Shown here: piece after piece, positions 27,341 to 39,542 of the stretch
Layout: every line of letters begins with the position of its first letter
How positions within the stretch are numbered: position 1 is the stretch's first letter
NCBI GenBank assembly: GCA_963842945.1
Contig: CAWJIM010000006.1
Span: forward strand, 87,280 to 151,279
Direction of reading: 5' to 3'
Source of the DNA: an uncultured Gemmatimonadales bacterium
GTDB lineage: Bacteria; Gemmatimonadota; Gemmatimonadetes; Gemmatimonadales; GWC2-71-9
DNA: 64,000 nucleotides
Notes under the pieces: model-generated
The model's database searches: none
What the model was told of the DNA's origin: nothing
What the model saw: only the letters and a program-made list of their open reading frames with translations
Made by a program: the position numbers and the translations under genes

Positions 27341-30322
27341 CTACCGCTCTTCCGCCGTCTCCCCCACCAGCCGGGCCAGCTCCTCCCGCACTTGCTTGAC
27401 GACCCGCTGCACCCGAGGCTCCGGCCGATTCACCAGAGCCAAGTAGTGGGTGTATGCCCGCACGGCCGCTTCCCGCTCCCCGGCGGCCGCGGCCAGCCGG
27501 CCTTCCGTGCGCAAGCGAGTTGCCAGATAGGATGCGCCGCCAGGGTCGTCATATTCGAAGCGCCTCACTGCTTCGAGTGCCCGCGGCACGTCGCCCGCGG
27601 CTTCCCATAGCCGGGTCAGCACCACGTTTAGGGGTGCGGTAGCAAACCAGCCCAGTCCCACCAGTGAGTCCGCTCGGGCGATGACCGGCCGGGTGTCCGA
27701 TCGACCCCGACCGACGGCCACCGACGCCTCGATCACGCTGGCGCAGACCTCGCTTGGAGCCCACGCAGGGACCACTTCTTCCGGGATGCCCGGCTCCCGC
27801 ATCCGCGCCAATGCCCGCCGTGCGACCCCCCACTCGCTCCGCTCGGCGTACCAGAGCCCAAGCACACACAGATCGGTATTCAGCTCCGCGCGACCGATCG
27901 AGCTGCGCGCCGGCGGTCCGGTTATGGCTGGTAGGAGGCGTCGCACCGCGTTGACTGCGCTGGCACTGTCACCCTCAGCGAGAAGCGCATTCAACACGTG
28001 ATTCCAGAGCACGTCGTGCGTCGTGCCGAATCCGGCGAGCGCCTCGACGTCCTCACGTGCAAGGCTCGGACGCCCCTGGTTGAGTGCCGAACCGACTAGA
28101 GTCCAGTGGGCCCCTTCGGGATCGGCCGTCCTTTGGCCGACGGCCCGGCGCAGCGCGTCCGACGCCGGCTCCACGTCCTCTTCGCCGATCCCGCTCAGCT
28201 GCGCAAACGTCACGATGCGGGTGAGACTTCGGACGTTCGTCCGATCGAATCCGCGCCGCATCTGTGCCCGCGCCGAGTCGCTCCCCAGCACCGCGGTCAG
28301 CCGCCAGCGCACGAAATCGGAGAGCTCGGCCTCGGGGTAGCGGGCGAGGTAGAGGTCCCCCAGTCGGCGAACCTCTGCGGTGTCGCCATTCAGTACAGCG
28401 ATCTCGACCAGATGGTCGAGCGGGGCCGCGAAGCTGGAGTCGAGCTCGAGGGCTCGGCGAAATGCGGCCGCTGAGCGCTGAAGCGGCCACCCGCCACCGG
28501 CGAGCGGTACCCGATGCAAGAGAACATCCGCCAGCTGATACCAGGTCTCGGGCGAGTCCCGCAACACGTCGGCTGCCCGCTCCCAACCGGCCAGCTGCTC
28601 CACAAAGGGGTAGGGGGCGGGATACCGCGGACCGGCGAAGGCAGCGAGGAGTACGCGGTCGCGGGGGCTGAGGCGATCCCGCCTACTGGTGGCGACGCGG
28701 AGCGCGCGATTGAATGTCTCCGGGGCCTCCCAGGTACCGGCAAGCACCAACCCTAGCGCTGCGAGAGCAAAGGTCGAATCCTGTTCCAGCGCCCGGTCGA
28801 ACCACTCGACTGCTTCACCGTAGCCTCCTCGCCGGTATGCCGCTTGGCCCTGGAGGTAGGCTCGAAGCGCCGGAAGCGAAGTGCTGGTGAGCTCGGCCAC
28901 TCGTCCGGTTGCCACGCCGGCCTCGCGCGCGAGAAGCTGGCTGGCGAGCCGGTCGATCAGGACCCCCAGACTGTCGGATTTCCCCGCAACGCTCGCAGCC
29001 GCGCGGGCGCCTCCACCCGGCACCTCCAGCAGCGACGCGTTGATCACCAGCCGGTCTTGGGTGCCGACGATCCCGCCGAGCAGGAGCCGGCCGGCGCCGA
29101 GCTGGCGCGCAAGAAGCAGGGCTGAGTCCTGTGGCAGATCATCGTGCTCGTCCCCAACCTGGCGGCGCCAGATGCTCATGACGGAGCGGGCGTCTGTCGC
29201 CCGAGGCCCGCCATCTCCGGTGAGCTGGGCACCGAGCAGGTCCAGCATCCCCTCGCGCAGGTAGGCGAGTGATGCGTCGGCCCCCGCAATCCGGAAAGGC
29301 ACCACGGCGACCAGATTGGGATCGAGCGGCTTTGCACCTGTGGCCCGGGGCCAGAACAGCACCAGTCCGGCGAGCAGGAGCACCCCTACACCGATCGCAG
29401 CCTTCGATAACTCGCGACTCGAGACCCGCGACTTTCCCGCGAGTCGCGACTTCCCCGCCGGCTCGGGGGCGACGAGTGGCACAGCCTTCGTGGTCGAGAT
29501 CGACTCCAGTTTGCCCAGCAGCGCCGCAGCTGTCGGCGGCCGATCGGCGGGATTCTTCTCCAGGCAGCGCATCACCAGCGCGGCAAGGTGGGGTGACACC
29601 GAAGGTCGCCGCTTCGAGATCGGCTCCGGCGTTGCGGTGGCGTGAGCGGCGAGCAACGCGTAGTGCGGCCTCCCTGTGAAGGGCGGGTCGCCGGCCAACA
29701 TCTCGTAGAGGACGCAGCCGAGGGCGTACACATCGGTCCGGCCATCCACCGCGCTCCCGGTGGCTTGCTCGGGGCTCATGTATGCGGGTGTACCCAGCGC
29801 GAGTCCGGTCTCGGTCAACTCTTCCGCGCCGAGCGTGAGTGCTTTGGCCACCCCGAAATCCGCCACCCGCGCCTGGCCCTCACTGAGCAGGATGTTCTCC
29901 GGCTTGAGGTCCCGGTGCACGACGCCTTCGCGGTGGGCGTAGTCGAGGGCCGACGCCACTTGGCGGGTGATCTCCAGTGCCAGCTCCACCGGCAACTGGG
30001 TCTCGTGCCGCAATCGGTCGCGCAGCGACTCGCCGCGCACATACGGCATCGTGTACCAGAGCTGGCCCGCGGCGCTGCCGGAATCGAGAACGGGGAGGAT
30101 GTGCGGGTGATCCAGTCGGGCGGTCAGGCGGATCTCGCGTTGGAACCGCTCGGGGCCGAGCGTCGCCGCAATTTCCGGGTGCAGCACCTTGAGCGCGACG
30201 GGTCGGTCGTGCTTGAGGTCGCGCGCCAGGTACACGGTCGCCATGCCACCGCGGCCGAGCTCGCCCTCGATCTCGTAGTGATCACGGAGTGCGTCGGCCA
30301 CTGCGGAATTGCCTGCGGCCAC
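27341..30322 (-). CDS. Ser/Thr protein kinase with a TM segment and a long TPR-like C-terminal region (STK2), intact 993 aa
   Basis: Motifs GRGGMATVYLARD, VALKVL, ERFQREI, VVHRDLKPENILL, DFGVAK and GTPAYMSPEQ, plus the TM segment AAIGVGVLLLAGLVLFW. The ORF is uninterrupted. Confidence 0.9.
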   Translation of the reverse strand: MAAGNSAVADALRDHYEIEGELGRGGMATVYLARDLKHDRPVALKVLHPEIAATLGPERFQREIRLTARLDHPHILPVLDSGSAAGQLWYTMPYVRGESLRDRLRHETQLPVELALEITRQVASALDYAHREGVVHRDLKPENILLSEGQARVADFGVAKALTLGAEELTETGLALGTPAYMSPEQATGSAVDGRTDVYALGCVLYEMLAGDPPFTGRPHYALLAAHATATPEPISKRRPSVSPHLAALVMRCLEKNPADRPPTAAALLGKLESISTTKAVPLVAPEPAGKSRLAGKSRVSSRELSKAAIGVGVLLLAGLVLFWPRATGAKPLDPNLVAVVPFRIAGADASLAYLREGMLDLLGAQLTGDGGPRATDARSVMSIWRRQVGDEHDDLPQDSALLLARQLGAGRLLLGGIVGTQDRLVINASLLEVPGGGARAAASVAGKSDSLGVLIDRLASQLLAREAGVATGRVAELTSTSLPALRAYLQGQAAYRRGGYGEAVEWFDRALEQDSTFALAALGLVLAGTWEAPETFNRALRVATSRRDRLSPRDRVLLAAFAGPRYPAPYPFVEQLAGWERAADVLRDSPETWYQLADVLLHRVPLAGGGWPLQRSAAAFRRALELDSSFAAPLDHLVEIAVLNGDTAEVRRLGDLYLARYPEAELSDFVRWRLTAVLGSDSARAQMRRGFDRTNVRSLTRIVTFAQLSGIGEEDVEPASDALRRAVGQRTADPEGAHWTLVGSALNQGRPSLAREDVEALAGFGTTHDVLWNHVLNALLAEGDSASAVNAVRRLLPAITGPPARSSIGRAELNTDLCVLGLWYAERSEWGVARRALARMREPGIPEEVVPAWAPSEVCASVIEASVAVGRGRSDTRPVIARADSLVGLGWFATAPLNVVLTRLWEAAGDVPRALEAVRRFEYDDPGGASYLATRLRTEGRLAAAAGEREAAVRAYTHYLALVNRPEPRVQRVVKQVREELARLVGETAEER

Positions 30323-30460
30323 GGGAATTGCCGGATGGGGAAGGGCTTGAATCTGACCCGAGGAGCGGGGGAATGCCAGGCGATACGCCCTCCCGCTCGG
30401 CTAGGGCCAGCCAGCTCGAAGGGTTCGGCTGGTCAATACTTGAACCAGTCCCACAGCAAC

Positions 30461-33004
<2,544 letters not shown>

Positions 33005-33029
33005 CCCCAGTGCTGATGAAAGGAGGGTG

Positions 33030-33590
33030 TCAAGGCTCCTGCATGGCGCGATGCAGCAGCAGTCGGGCCTTGCGCCAGTCCCGCTGCACCGTACGCTCCG
33101 ACACTCGCCGCAGCTCGGCCACCTCGGCGAACGAAAAGCCGCAGAAGAAGTGCAGGTCCACCAGTTGGGCCAGCCCGGGATCCGCTCCGGCGAGCGTGTC
33201 GAGCGCGCTACCGAGCTGCTCGAGGTTGTCAGAGGGAGCTCCGTCGAGGGCCGCCACTTCCGCGCCCGACGAAGTGATGTAGAACTCGCCACCCCGCTTC
33301 TTGGCCCGGCGGCTGCGGGCGTAGTCGATCATCAGTCCCCGCATCGCCCGGGCCGCATAAGTCAGGAACTGCGGCCGGCTGGCAAAGTGGACTCCTTCTC
33401 GCTCGGCGATGTTGAGGTAGGCTTCGTGCAGGAGGGTGGTCGTGCCGAGGGTGAGCTCGGCGCCGCTGCGATGAAGCTCGCGCTCGGCGATCGCGTGCAG
33501 CTCGCGATAGAGTACCGCGAACAGCGCGCTCGCCGCCGCTCCGTCACCGGTTTCGGCAGTGGAGATGAGCTGGCCGATGGGCGCGTCCAT
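33030..33590 (-). CDS. ECF sigma factor, TIGR02999/ECF43-like (kinase-associated class)
   Basis: LLHEAYLNI, YAARAMRGLMIDYARSRRAKKRGG and FAEVAELRRVSERTVQRDWRKARLLL. It ends 25 nt upstream of STK3. Confidence 0.85.
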   Translation of the reverse strand: MDAPIGQLISTAETGDGAAASALFAVLYRELHAIAERELHRSGAELTLGTTTLLHEAYLNIAEREGVHFASRPQFLTYAARAMRGLMIDYARSRRAKKRGGEFYITSSGAEVAALDGAPSDNLEQLGSALDTLAGADPGLAQLVDLHFFCGFSFAEVAELRRVSERTVQRDWRKARLLLHRAMQEP

Positions 33591-33718
33591 GCCCGCTTGC
33601 TCCCCGAACCACGATTGTGTCCGGAGAACTTACGGTTCTCCCGCGAGAGCGTCAAACAGGCTGCACTACGCAGTCGACACCGGTAACGGATCGCGGTCGC
33701 GAGAATGGCCTCTGTGGT

Positions 33719-33781
33719 ATCGGCGACTCGTGGAGGAAGCGAGGAACGCAGTTGTCCGGCTGACAGACCGAGGCGATTAGG
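33719..33781 (+). repeat. Orphan copy of the last 63 bp (including the stop codon) of STK1
   Basis: 60/63 identity to 27276..27338, encoding RRLVEEARNAVVRL(T/M)DRGD*. No kinase-like sequence lies upstream of it. Confidence 0.8.
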
Positions 33782-33783
33782 GC

Positions 33784-34510
33784 TTACGCTATGTCAGCCC
33801 CTACCTCGCCCGCGTTTTTAGCAGCTTCGGCAATGAGATCGACTACGGCTTCAGGGCGGGAAACGTAGACTGCGTGACTGCCGGGCACTTCCACGACGGT
33901 CGAACCAGCGCGCTGGGACATGGCGCGCTGTGCCGGCGGAGGTATCATGCGATCGTCCTTAGCGACCAAATACCAGCTTGGCTTGGACTTCCAGGCCGGC
34001 TCGCTGATCGCGCCCTGAAGCGCCTCTAACCCCCACGGCACTTGAGCGTCGGCCATGAACGCGGCGAGCTCGGGGTCGACATCGGCAGCGAAGGAAGCAG
34101 CGAACTTCGCCTTGTCGAGTAGAAGGAAACCGTCTCGAGGTGGCAGGATAGGAGGCACCGGTGCTCCAGCCGGCGGGTCCTTGATCAACGAAGCCACCGA
34201 CTCGCCAGCGTCCGGCGCGAACGCGGCAATGTAGACCAGTCCTGCGACGCTGGGATCATTGCCGGCTTCCGTTACGACCACTCCACCGTACGAATGGCCA
34301 ACCAGGATGACGGGGCCCTTCTGCTGCGACAGCACCCACCGGGTCGCCCTGACGTCGTCCGCCAGGGATGTAGTCGGATTCTGAACTATGCTGACGGTGA
34401 ACCCTTGCTGAGCGCAGTTGCCGGTAAACTCCTTCCCAACCGGACCCGTCCACGAACCCTCCGTGAACCAGCACGATGTTCCTGATGGTACCGGCAGCTT
34501 GATCCGACAT
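33784..34510 (-). pseudogene. Alpha/beta hydrolase with one frame disruption near 34435
   Basis: IVLVHGGFVDGSGW continues in another frame as KEFTGNCAQQGFTVSIVQNPTTSLADDV and then VILVGHSYGG (GxSxG). Confidence 0.75.
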
Positions 34511-34574
34511 AGATGAACCTCACAAAAGGATGGCGACGGCCTACCGGCCGCCGCCCTGCGCGCAATAGCCGGTG

Positions 34575-35106
34575 CTAGTCCTCTTTGATGTCTACTTCAA
34601 TGATCTCAGGAGTTCCCTGCCCACCCATCCCCAGGGTATGCTCCATCTCCGAGACGTTCGGCTTCGGCGAAATGAGGAGCACCGCGGATTCGCCGGGGTT
34701 CAACATGCCCGACCACCTTCTTTAAGTCCTTCTCCGACAAGCGGCTGGCGGGCCCGCTCTTGGGCGCGTAGGCCTTCGCCGAATCTTCCGCATTCGCCGG
34801 CAACGCGCTCAGCCTTGCGATTGAGGTGTCGATGGTCTCGCTGGCTACCATTGCCCTGTCGGAGCCGCCGGCCTTATTGTGCCGCTGCGTGACCTCCACC
34901 TTGCCGGTCTTGTCCTTAACGAGGACGGCGTAGGCTTCGACCAAGTCATAGGTCTTCTTGTTCATGTTCCGCATTATGGTCGCCGCCGACCCTGGGTCTC
35001 CCCAGACGGCGTAGACCATCTTGAGGTCTTGGGCCAGTACCGCACGGGGGCCGGCGACCAGCATAAACGCGGTAAGTGACAGGTACCACGCGCGATAGGT
35101 TCTCAT
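34575..35106 (-). pseudogene. Secreted protein of unknown function, paralog B (paralog of 13775..14303), with one frame disruption near 34708
   Basis: Signal peptide MRTYRAWYLSLTAFMLVAGPRAVLAQ. After LSEKDLKKVVG the text continues in another frame as MLNPGESAVLLISPKPNVSEMEHTLGMGGQGTPEIIEVDIKED*. Confidence 0.6.
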
Positions 35107-35184
35107 GCCCTCCTCCAAAGACTCAGTTGAAATGGGAGACCGAGTGGCCGGCTCACCCAATCTAGGGAGAAGGAGCTGGTCCGG

Positions 35185-35205
35185 CACCTCGATGTTAGTG
35201 TAGGT
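35185..35205 (-). promoter_or_regulatory. Conserved box upstream of secreted paralog B (shared with 14369..14389)
   Basis: CACCTCGATGTTAGTGTAGGT, with 20/21 identity to the box upstream of paralog A. Confidence 0.35.
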
Positions 35206-35209
35206 CCAA

Positions 35210-36541
35210 TTACCGAAACCGCGCTGACTCGAACTCCTTGGTGAGCCGATGCGGGGGGGCTTTCGGTAGCAACAGCGCTCCGACAAACGTCACCGCAGCG
35301 GCTCCGGTCAGATACAGCGCCGGCGCTAGGGGCAGCCCACTCCGGGAGACCATCCAGGCCGCGACCAGCGGAGTGGTCCCCCCGAGCACCGCCATCCCGA
35401 TGTTGTACGCGACCGAAAGCACGGTGCAGCGCACCCGCCAGGGCGCCAGCTCGGCCATGGTGGCGGGCAACAGCCCGGCGTTTCCCGAAACCAGCAGGGC
35501 CAGCCCGGTTTGGCCCACGAGCATTCCGCCTGTCTTGCCCTGCGCCATGAGCACCATGAGCGGATACGCCAGCAGCGTAAACGCTGCGGCCGTCAGCAGG
35601 AATACGGGGCGCCGCCCCCATCGATCGCTTGCCAGCCCCGACAGGGGAAGCGCGAAAAGCGATAGTGCCATGGCCAGAGTGTTGATCTCGAGCGCGGTGC
35701 TGGACGGCACCCCGGTAACCTGGTGCAGCCAGGTAGGCGCGTACACGAAGGTGGTGTAGAAGCCGACGCTGATGGCGGAGACCAGCGCGACGAGGTGCAG
35801 CATCGTCCGCCAGTGGCTCCGGAACGCTTCGCCCAGAGGCGACTTGGCCGGCGCCTGGTGGGGCACCCGTTCGATGTAATGCCTTCGGATCGCGAGTCCC
35901 CCCAGCCCGACGCCGAGTCCGAGGATGAACGGGATGCGCCAGCCGTACGCCATCACCGCTGCGGGCGACATGGTGGCATTCACGATCGCGCCGGCCGCCG
36001 AGCCCAGCAGAACCCCTGTCGTCGCGCCGATCGGGCCCCAGCTTCCCATCCATCCCCGTCGCCCTGGATCGGCGCCCTCGACCAGGAACACGGCCGAGGC
36101 CATGTACTCGCCACCCACGGCGAGGCCCTGGAGAAGCCGGAACACCAGGAGCAGGATGGGCGCCGCGAGCCCGATGGTCGTCGTGCTCGGCAGGACTCCG
36201 ATCAGGAAGGAAGGGATCGCCATAGCCAATACCGACCAGATCAGCGCCTGCTTGCGGCCGTACCGGTCGCCGACCAAGCCAAACAGGGCCCCACCAACGG
36301 GTCGCATGAAAAACCCGGCGGCAAAGGTGCCGAAGGCAGCGAGGAGGGAAGCGGTGGGGTTATCGGCCGGGAAGAAGTGAGCCCCAATCTGCTGGGCGAA
36401 GAAACCGAAGAGAGCGAAGTCGTACCACTCGAGGATGTTGCCCACGACCCCTGCGATGACTCCCCGGCGGACTGCGAGGGGGGTGCGGAACTCCTGCGTG
36501 ATCACATCGGGCGGAGTGATCGAGGGTTCGATGACAGTCAT
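35210..36541 (-). CDS. MFS transporter, MHS (ProP-like metabolite:H+ symporter) family
   Basis: NILEWYDFALFGFF, GDRYGRKQAL and LQGLAVGGEY. 12-TM pattern, intact 443 aa. Confidence 0.85.
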   Translation of the reverse strand: MTVIEPSITPPDVITQEFRTPLAVRRGVIAGVVGNILEWYDFALFGFFAQQIGAHFFPADNPTASLLAAFGTFAAGFFMRPVGGALFGLVGDRYGRKQALIWSVLAMAIPSFLIGVLPSTTTIGLAAPILLLVFRLLQGLAVGGEYMASAVFLVEGADPGRRGWMGSWGPIGATTGVLLGSAAGAIVNATMSPAAVMAYGWRIPFILGLGVGLGGLAIRRHYIERVPHQAPAKSPLGEAFRSHWRTMLHLVALVSAISVGFYTTFVYAPTWLHQVTGVPSSTALEINTLAMALSLFALPLSGLASDRWGRRPVFLLTAAAFTLLAYPLMVLMAQGKTGGMLVGQTGLALLVSGNAGLLPATMAELAPWRVRCTVLSVAYNIGMAVLGGTTPLVAAWMVSRSGLPLAPALYLTGAAAVTFVGALLLPKAPPHRLTKEFESARFR

Positions 36542-37145
36542 GGCTACGGTCCCGCGAGGATGAAGGAGAACTGAGCGACCGCCTCGCTCGTACCAAAGTC
36601 CAGTATCTGACCCTCAGTCTCGCCACCATCTTGCTTTTTCGCCAGGATGTTCAGGCTTCGGCCTGCGGTTAGTCTCGATCACCAGAATGTGATACGTGAA
36701 CGCCCCGCCTTCTTGAGACCAGGCTACCAAGAGCATCAGCGCAGATCCAGCGAATGGTCCAGCGGGTGCGGGATCGTCACATAGAGCCGGGCCGTCGTGG
36801 CGGCCCCACATAGCCATGATGTGCAATCATTCTTAAGGAGACGGAGCAATGGCCGGGAGAAGCGCAGCGCCAGGGCCGGCTGAGCCTAAGGTGGCCAACA
36901 GTCGCCAACATCGGAGGAAGCCCGAGAACGGGTCTGAGACCACGGCGAACCACAGGAAAACCGAGAAGGACGTCGATAAGCTGATCCACTGTCTGGCCGA
37001 ATGGACTGAGGATGTGCGAACAGCACGCTCCGCCGCCCCAGAAGCACCCCTGCGCAAAAGGCATCCCCCCTCCCACGGGCGAAGGGTTGTCCCTACCGTG
37101 TCACTGGCTCGGTTCTATCCGCGGGGGGATCCCCTCACTCAATCC

Positions 37146-37613
37146 ATGGAATTCAAGGATCGGGACGGAGCGGTTTGGCTGGCGTACGTCGAGGGCGCTC
37201 CAGGGACTCCACGGCGGCAACGGGGACGGGTACGCGGCACCACTCTACCGGAACGCCACCTCCGCTTTGACTCGGCAACCGAGTCGCTATTCACGTCCGT
37301 TGTGCCCGCGGGCTCGCCGTTCCTGGCGGAAGCCCGGCTCCAATGCCTCTTGGACGAAGCCCGATCCGACCCACCCCTGGCCTCGACCAACCGCCCGCCG
37401 GCGCCAGCCATCTGGTATCGGCGGATTGAGTGGCCCACTCGGGCCGTTGAATCGGGTCGTGAGGAGATAGCGGGCTGGGCCCGACGGTGGCAGCAGACAG
37501 CGAGTCGCAGGGAGGCACTGCGCCACCACTTCGTCGAGCTGCTGTCCGGAGCCGCCAACACGATGCACGGGATGCTCGAGGTCCTCCTGGGCCAGCGGCC
37601 GGCTCGGCCGTAG
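37146..37613 (+). CDS. Hypothetical protein
   Basis: An ORF with plausible composition starting at MEFKDRDG. No family recognised. Confidence 0.3.
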   Translation: MEFKDRDGAVWLAYVEGAPGTPRRQRGRVRGTTLPERHLRFDSATESLFTSVVPAGSPFLAEARLQCLLDEARSDPPLASTNRPPAPAIWYRRIEWPTRAVESGREEIAGWARRWQQTASRREALRHHFVELLSGAANTMHGMLEVLLGQRPARP

Positions 37614-37903
37614 GCCGGCCGTCCGCCCGGCGCAAACCAGCCCAGCTCAGGAGTTGCCGCCGGAAGATGAGACCCAAACAAAATGGCTCCCGCGATCGCG
37701 GGAGCCATCGGCTCATGCATCAGTTCCGTTCCCAGGCAACCTCACACCCGCACCACGTTCTTTCCCACGCTCCGCCTGAGCTGCGCCGTCGCATATTTCC
37801 CCCGTATGGGATGCCTGAGCTAAAAAGATTGCAGGGCACTCGAGTCCGGCGAGAGACTCATCCGTAGAAACCTTGGCCTTCCGGGACCCTGGAGGATGCT
37901 GAA

Positions 37904-39469
37904 ATGACGTATGCGGCCCCGTCGAGATCCAACTCCCGTATGGTGGCGCTTTGCCTGTCGGTGGCCACTCTGTTGTACGCCAGGCAGATAGCCATGTGGG
38001 CCGTGCCTCGAAACCGGTTCTACACCCTCTGGCAGCGGACAGACACGTTGGTACTCTGCGTCAGTCTCCTGGGAATGGCGTTGTTGCTTTATCTCGCCGC
38101 CTGGATGGTGCTGCGAGCCTTTCGGGGCGGAAGAGTCCTACGCTGGCTCACCATCATTCTCCTAGCTGACATCCTCATCGGCTACGCCGGTGGGGGGAGG
38201 GCCAGCCGTCACGTCGCCGCGTTCACCGCGGCCTGGGCAGGCGTGGCGGGCGTCGGGCTCTATGCCGCGTCCCGCCCGGGCTCACGGCTGCTCGAGCGGG
38301 GCACAACCATCCTGGCCGCCCTGGCGTGGCTCGCGCCGATCTGCCTGTTGCAGATGCTGCTCTGGAAACCATGGGATGTGCGGACGACTATCGAACGGAG
38401 CGCACCAGGTCAGACGACAGGCACCCGGATACCGGTCTTCCTCTTCGTGTTTGACGAGTGGTCGTTTCAGCGTAGCTATGACCACAACGAGCTACAGCCG
38501 TTCTTTCGAAATCTCCGGAAGCTGGCCAGCCACTCTCTCGAGTTCACCAATGCCCACTCGCTTGCCGGATCGACCAACCCTTCCATACCCCGCTTGATCT
38601 TCCAGCGCGATGGCGTGCTGATACCGAAGAACGGTGTTGCCCTGTGGAGGCAAGGAGATACGACCCTGCCCTCCGCCAAGCTGCCTAGCATCTTCGCCGC
38701 CGCCCGAGAGCGCGGCTACCACACTTCACTTATCGGGTTCTACTTTCCCTACCGCGCGCTCCTGGGCGATCAAGTGGACCATATCGTCCATCAGTCCTAC
38801 GACTCCAAAGGTCTGCGGTTGGGGCAACGGCTGCTGTTGTTCAGCGCCTGGAATCTTTATTTCCTGGCCGATCCCCTGAGCCAGCTCCTCTGGAAGACCT
38901 GGAACACCCCCCGGGTGAGCGAGAACTGGGTGGACATCAATCAGGCCTGGCGCGGCTTCGTCCGCGAGCTCGTGCGGGGCTCCGATGCGAACACCTTCGC
39001 CATGGTACACTGGCCATTGCCCCACGGGCCCTTCGTCCTGAACGAGGACGGCACTTATCACGGGCCATTCAAGGTGAGCCGGGTGGAGGGCACACCGGAG
39101 GAGTACCGGCGGCATCTCGCTTTTCTGGATCGGGTATTAGGCGAGGCGATTGCGGAGCTGGATTCAGCCGGCCTGCTGGATCGTGCGCTCGTGATCGTGA
39201 CCTCCGACCACTCCTGGAAGACCGAAACCGACTCGGCGCTGTGGTCCGCTCCGGAGGCCAGGACCTGGGTGCCGCTCATCGTGAAGCTGCCGCACCAGAC
39301 CACCGGCCTCCGGGTGCCGGAGCGGTTCTGTTTGGGCCAACTGGATGCGCTGCTGCAGCGGGTGATGGATACAACGCTGACCGAGCGGAGCGCGGCTGAG
39401 GAAGTCAGAACGCTACCGTCGAGCAGCCCGTGCATCCCACCCCGAGTCCGGCACCGGCAGCACCACTGA
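37904..39469 (+). CDS. Membrane-anchored sulfatase-like hydrolase/transferase (alkaline phosphatase superfamily)
   Basis: About 5 N-terminal TM segments followed by VFLFVFDEWS, LAGSTNPSIPRLIF (Ser/Thr nucleophile region) and LVIVTSDHSW. Confidence 0.7.
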   Translation: MTYAAPSRSNSRMVALCLSVATLLYARQIAMWAVPRNRFYTLWQRTDTLVLCVSLLGMALLLYLAAWMVLRAFRGGRVLRWLTIILLADILIGYAGGGRASRHVAAFTAAWAGVAGVGLYAASRPGSRLLERGTTILAALAWLAPICLLQMLLWKPWDVRTTIERSAPGQTTGTRIPVFLFVFDEWSFQRSYDHNELQPFFRNLRKLASHSLEFTNAHSLAGSTNPSIPRLIFQRDGVLIPKNGVALWRQGDTTLPSAKLPSIFAAARERGYHTSLIGFYFPYRALLGDQVDHIVHQSYDSKGLRLGQRLLLFSAWNLYFLADPLSQLLWKTWNTPRVSENWVDINQAWRGFVRELVRGSDANTFAMVHWPLPHGPFVLNEDGTYHGPFKVSRVEGTPEEYRRHLAFLDRVLGEAIAELDSAGLLDRALVIVTSDHSWKTETDSALWSAPEARTWVPLIVKLPHQTTGLRVPERFCLGQLDALLQRVMDTTLTERSAAEEVRTLPSSSPCIPPRVRHRQHH

Positions 39470-39542
39470 ACAAACGCGCGAGACAGCCTTACGGTCGAAC
39501 GGAAATTCTGCCTCTTCCGGACAGTCACAGTGACCCGGCGGC

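Noticed and set aside
29400-29470. A short tandem duplication in STK2 (protein AGKSRLAGKSRVSS; DNA GCGAGTCGCGACTT repeated).
   Set aside because: It is only two imperfect copies inside a low-complexity juxtamembrane linker of an intact gene. It is most likely a trivial slippage duplication without separate function.
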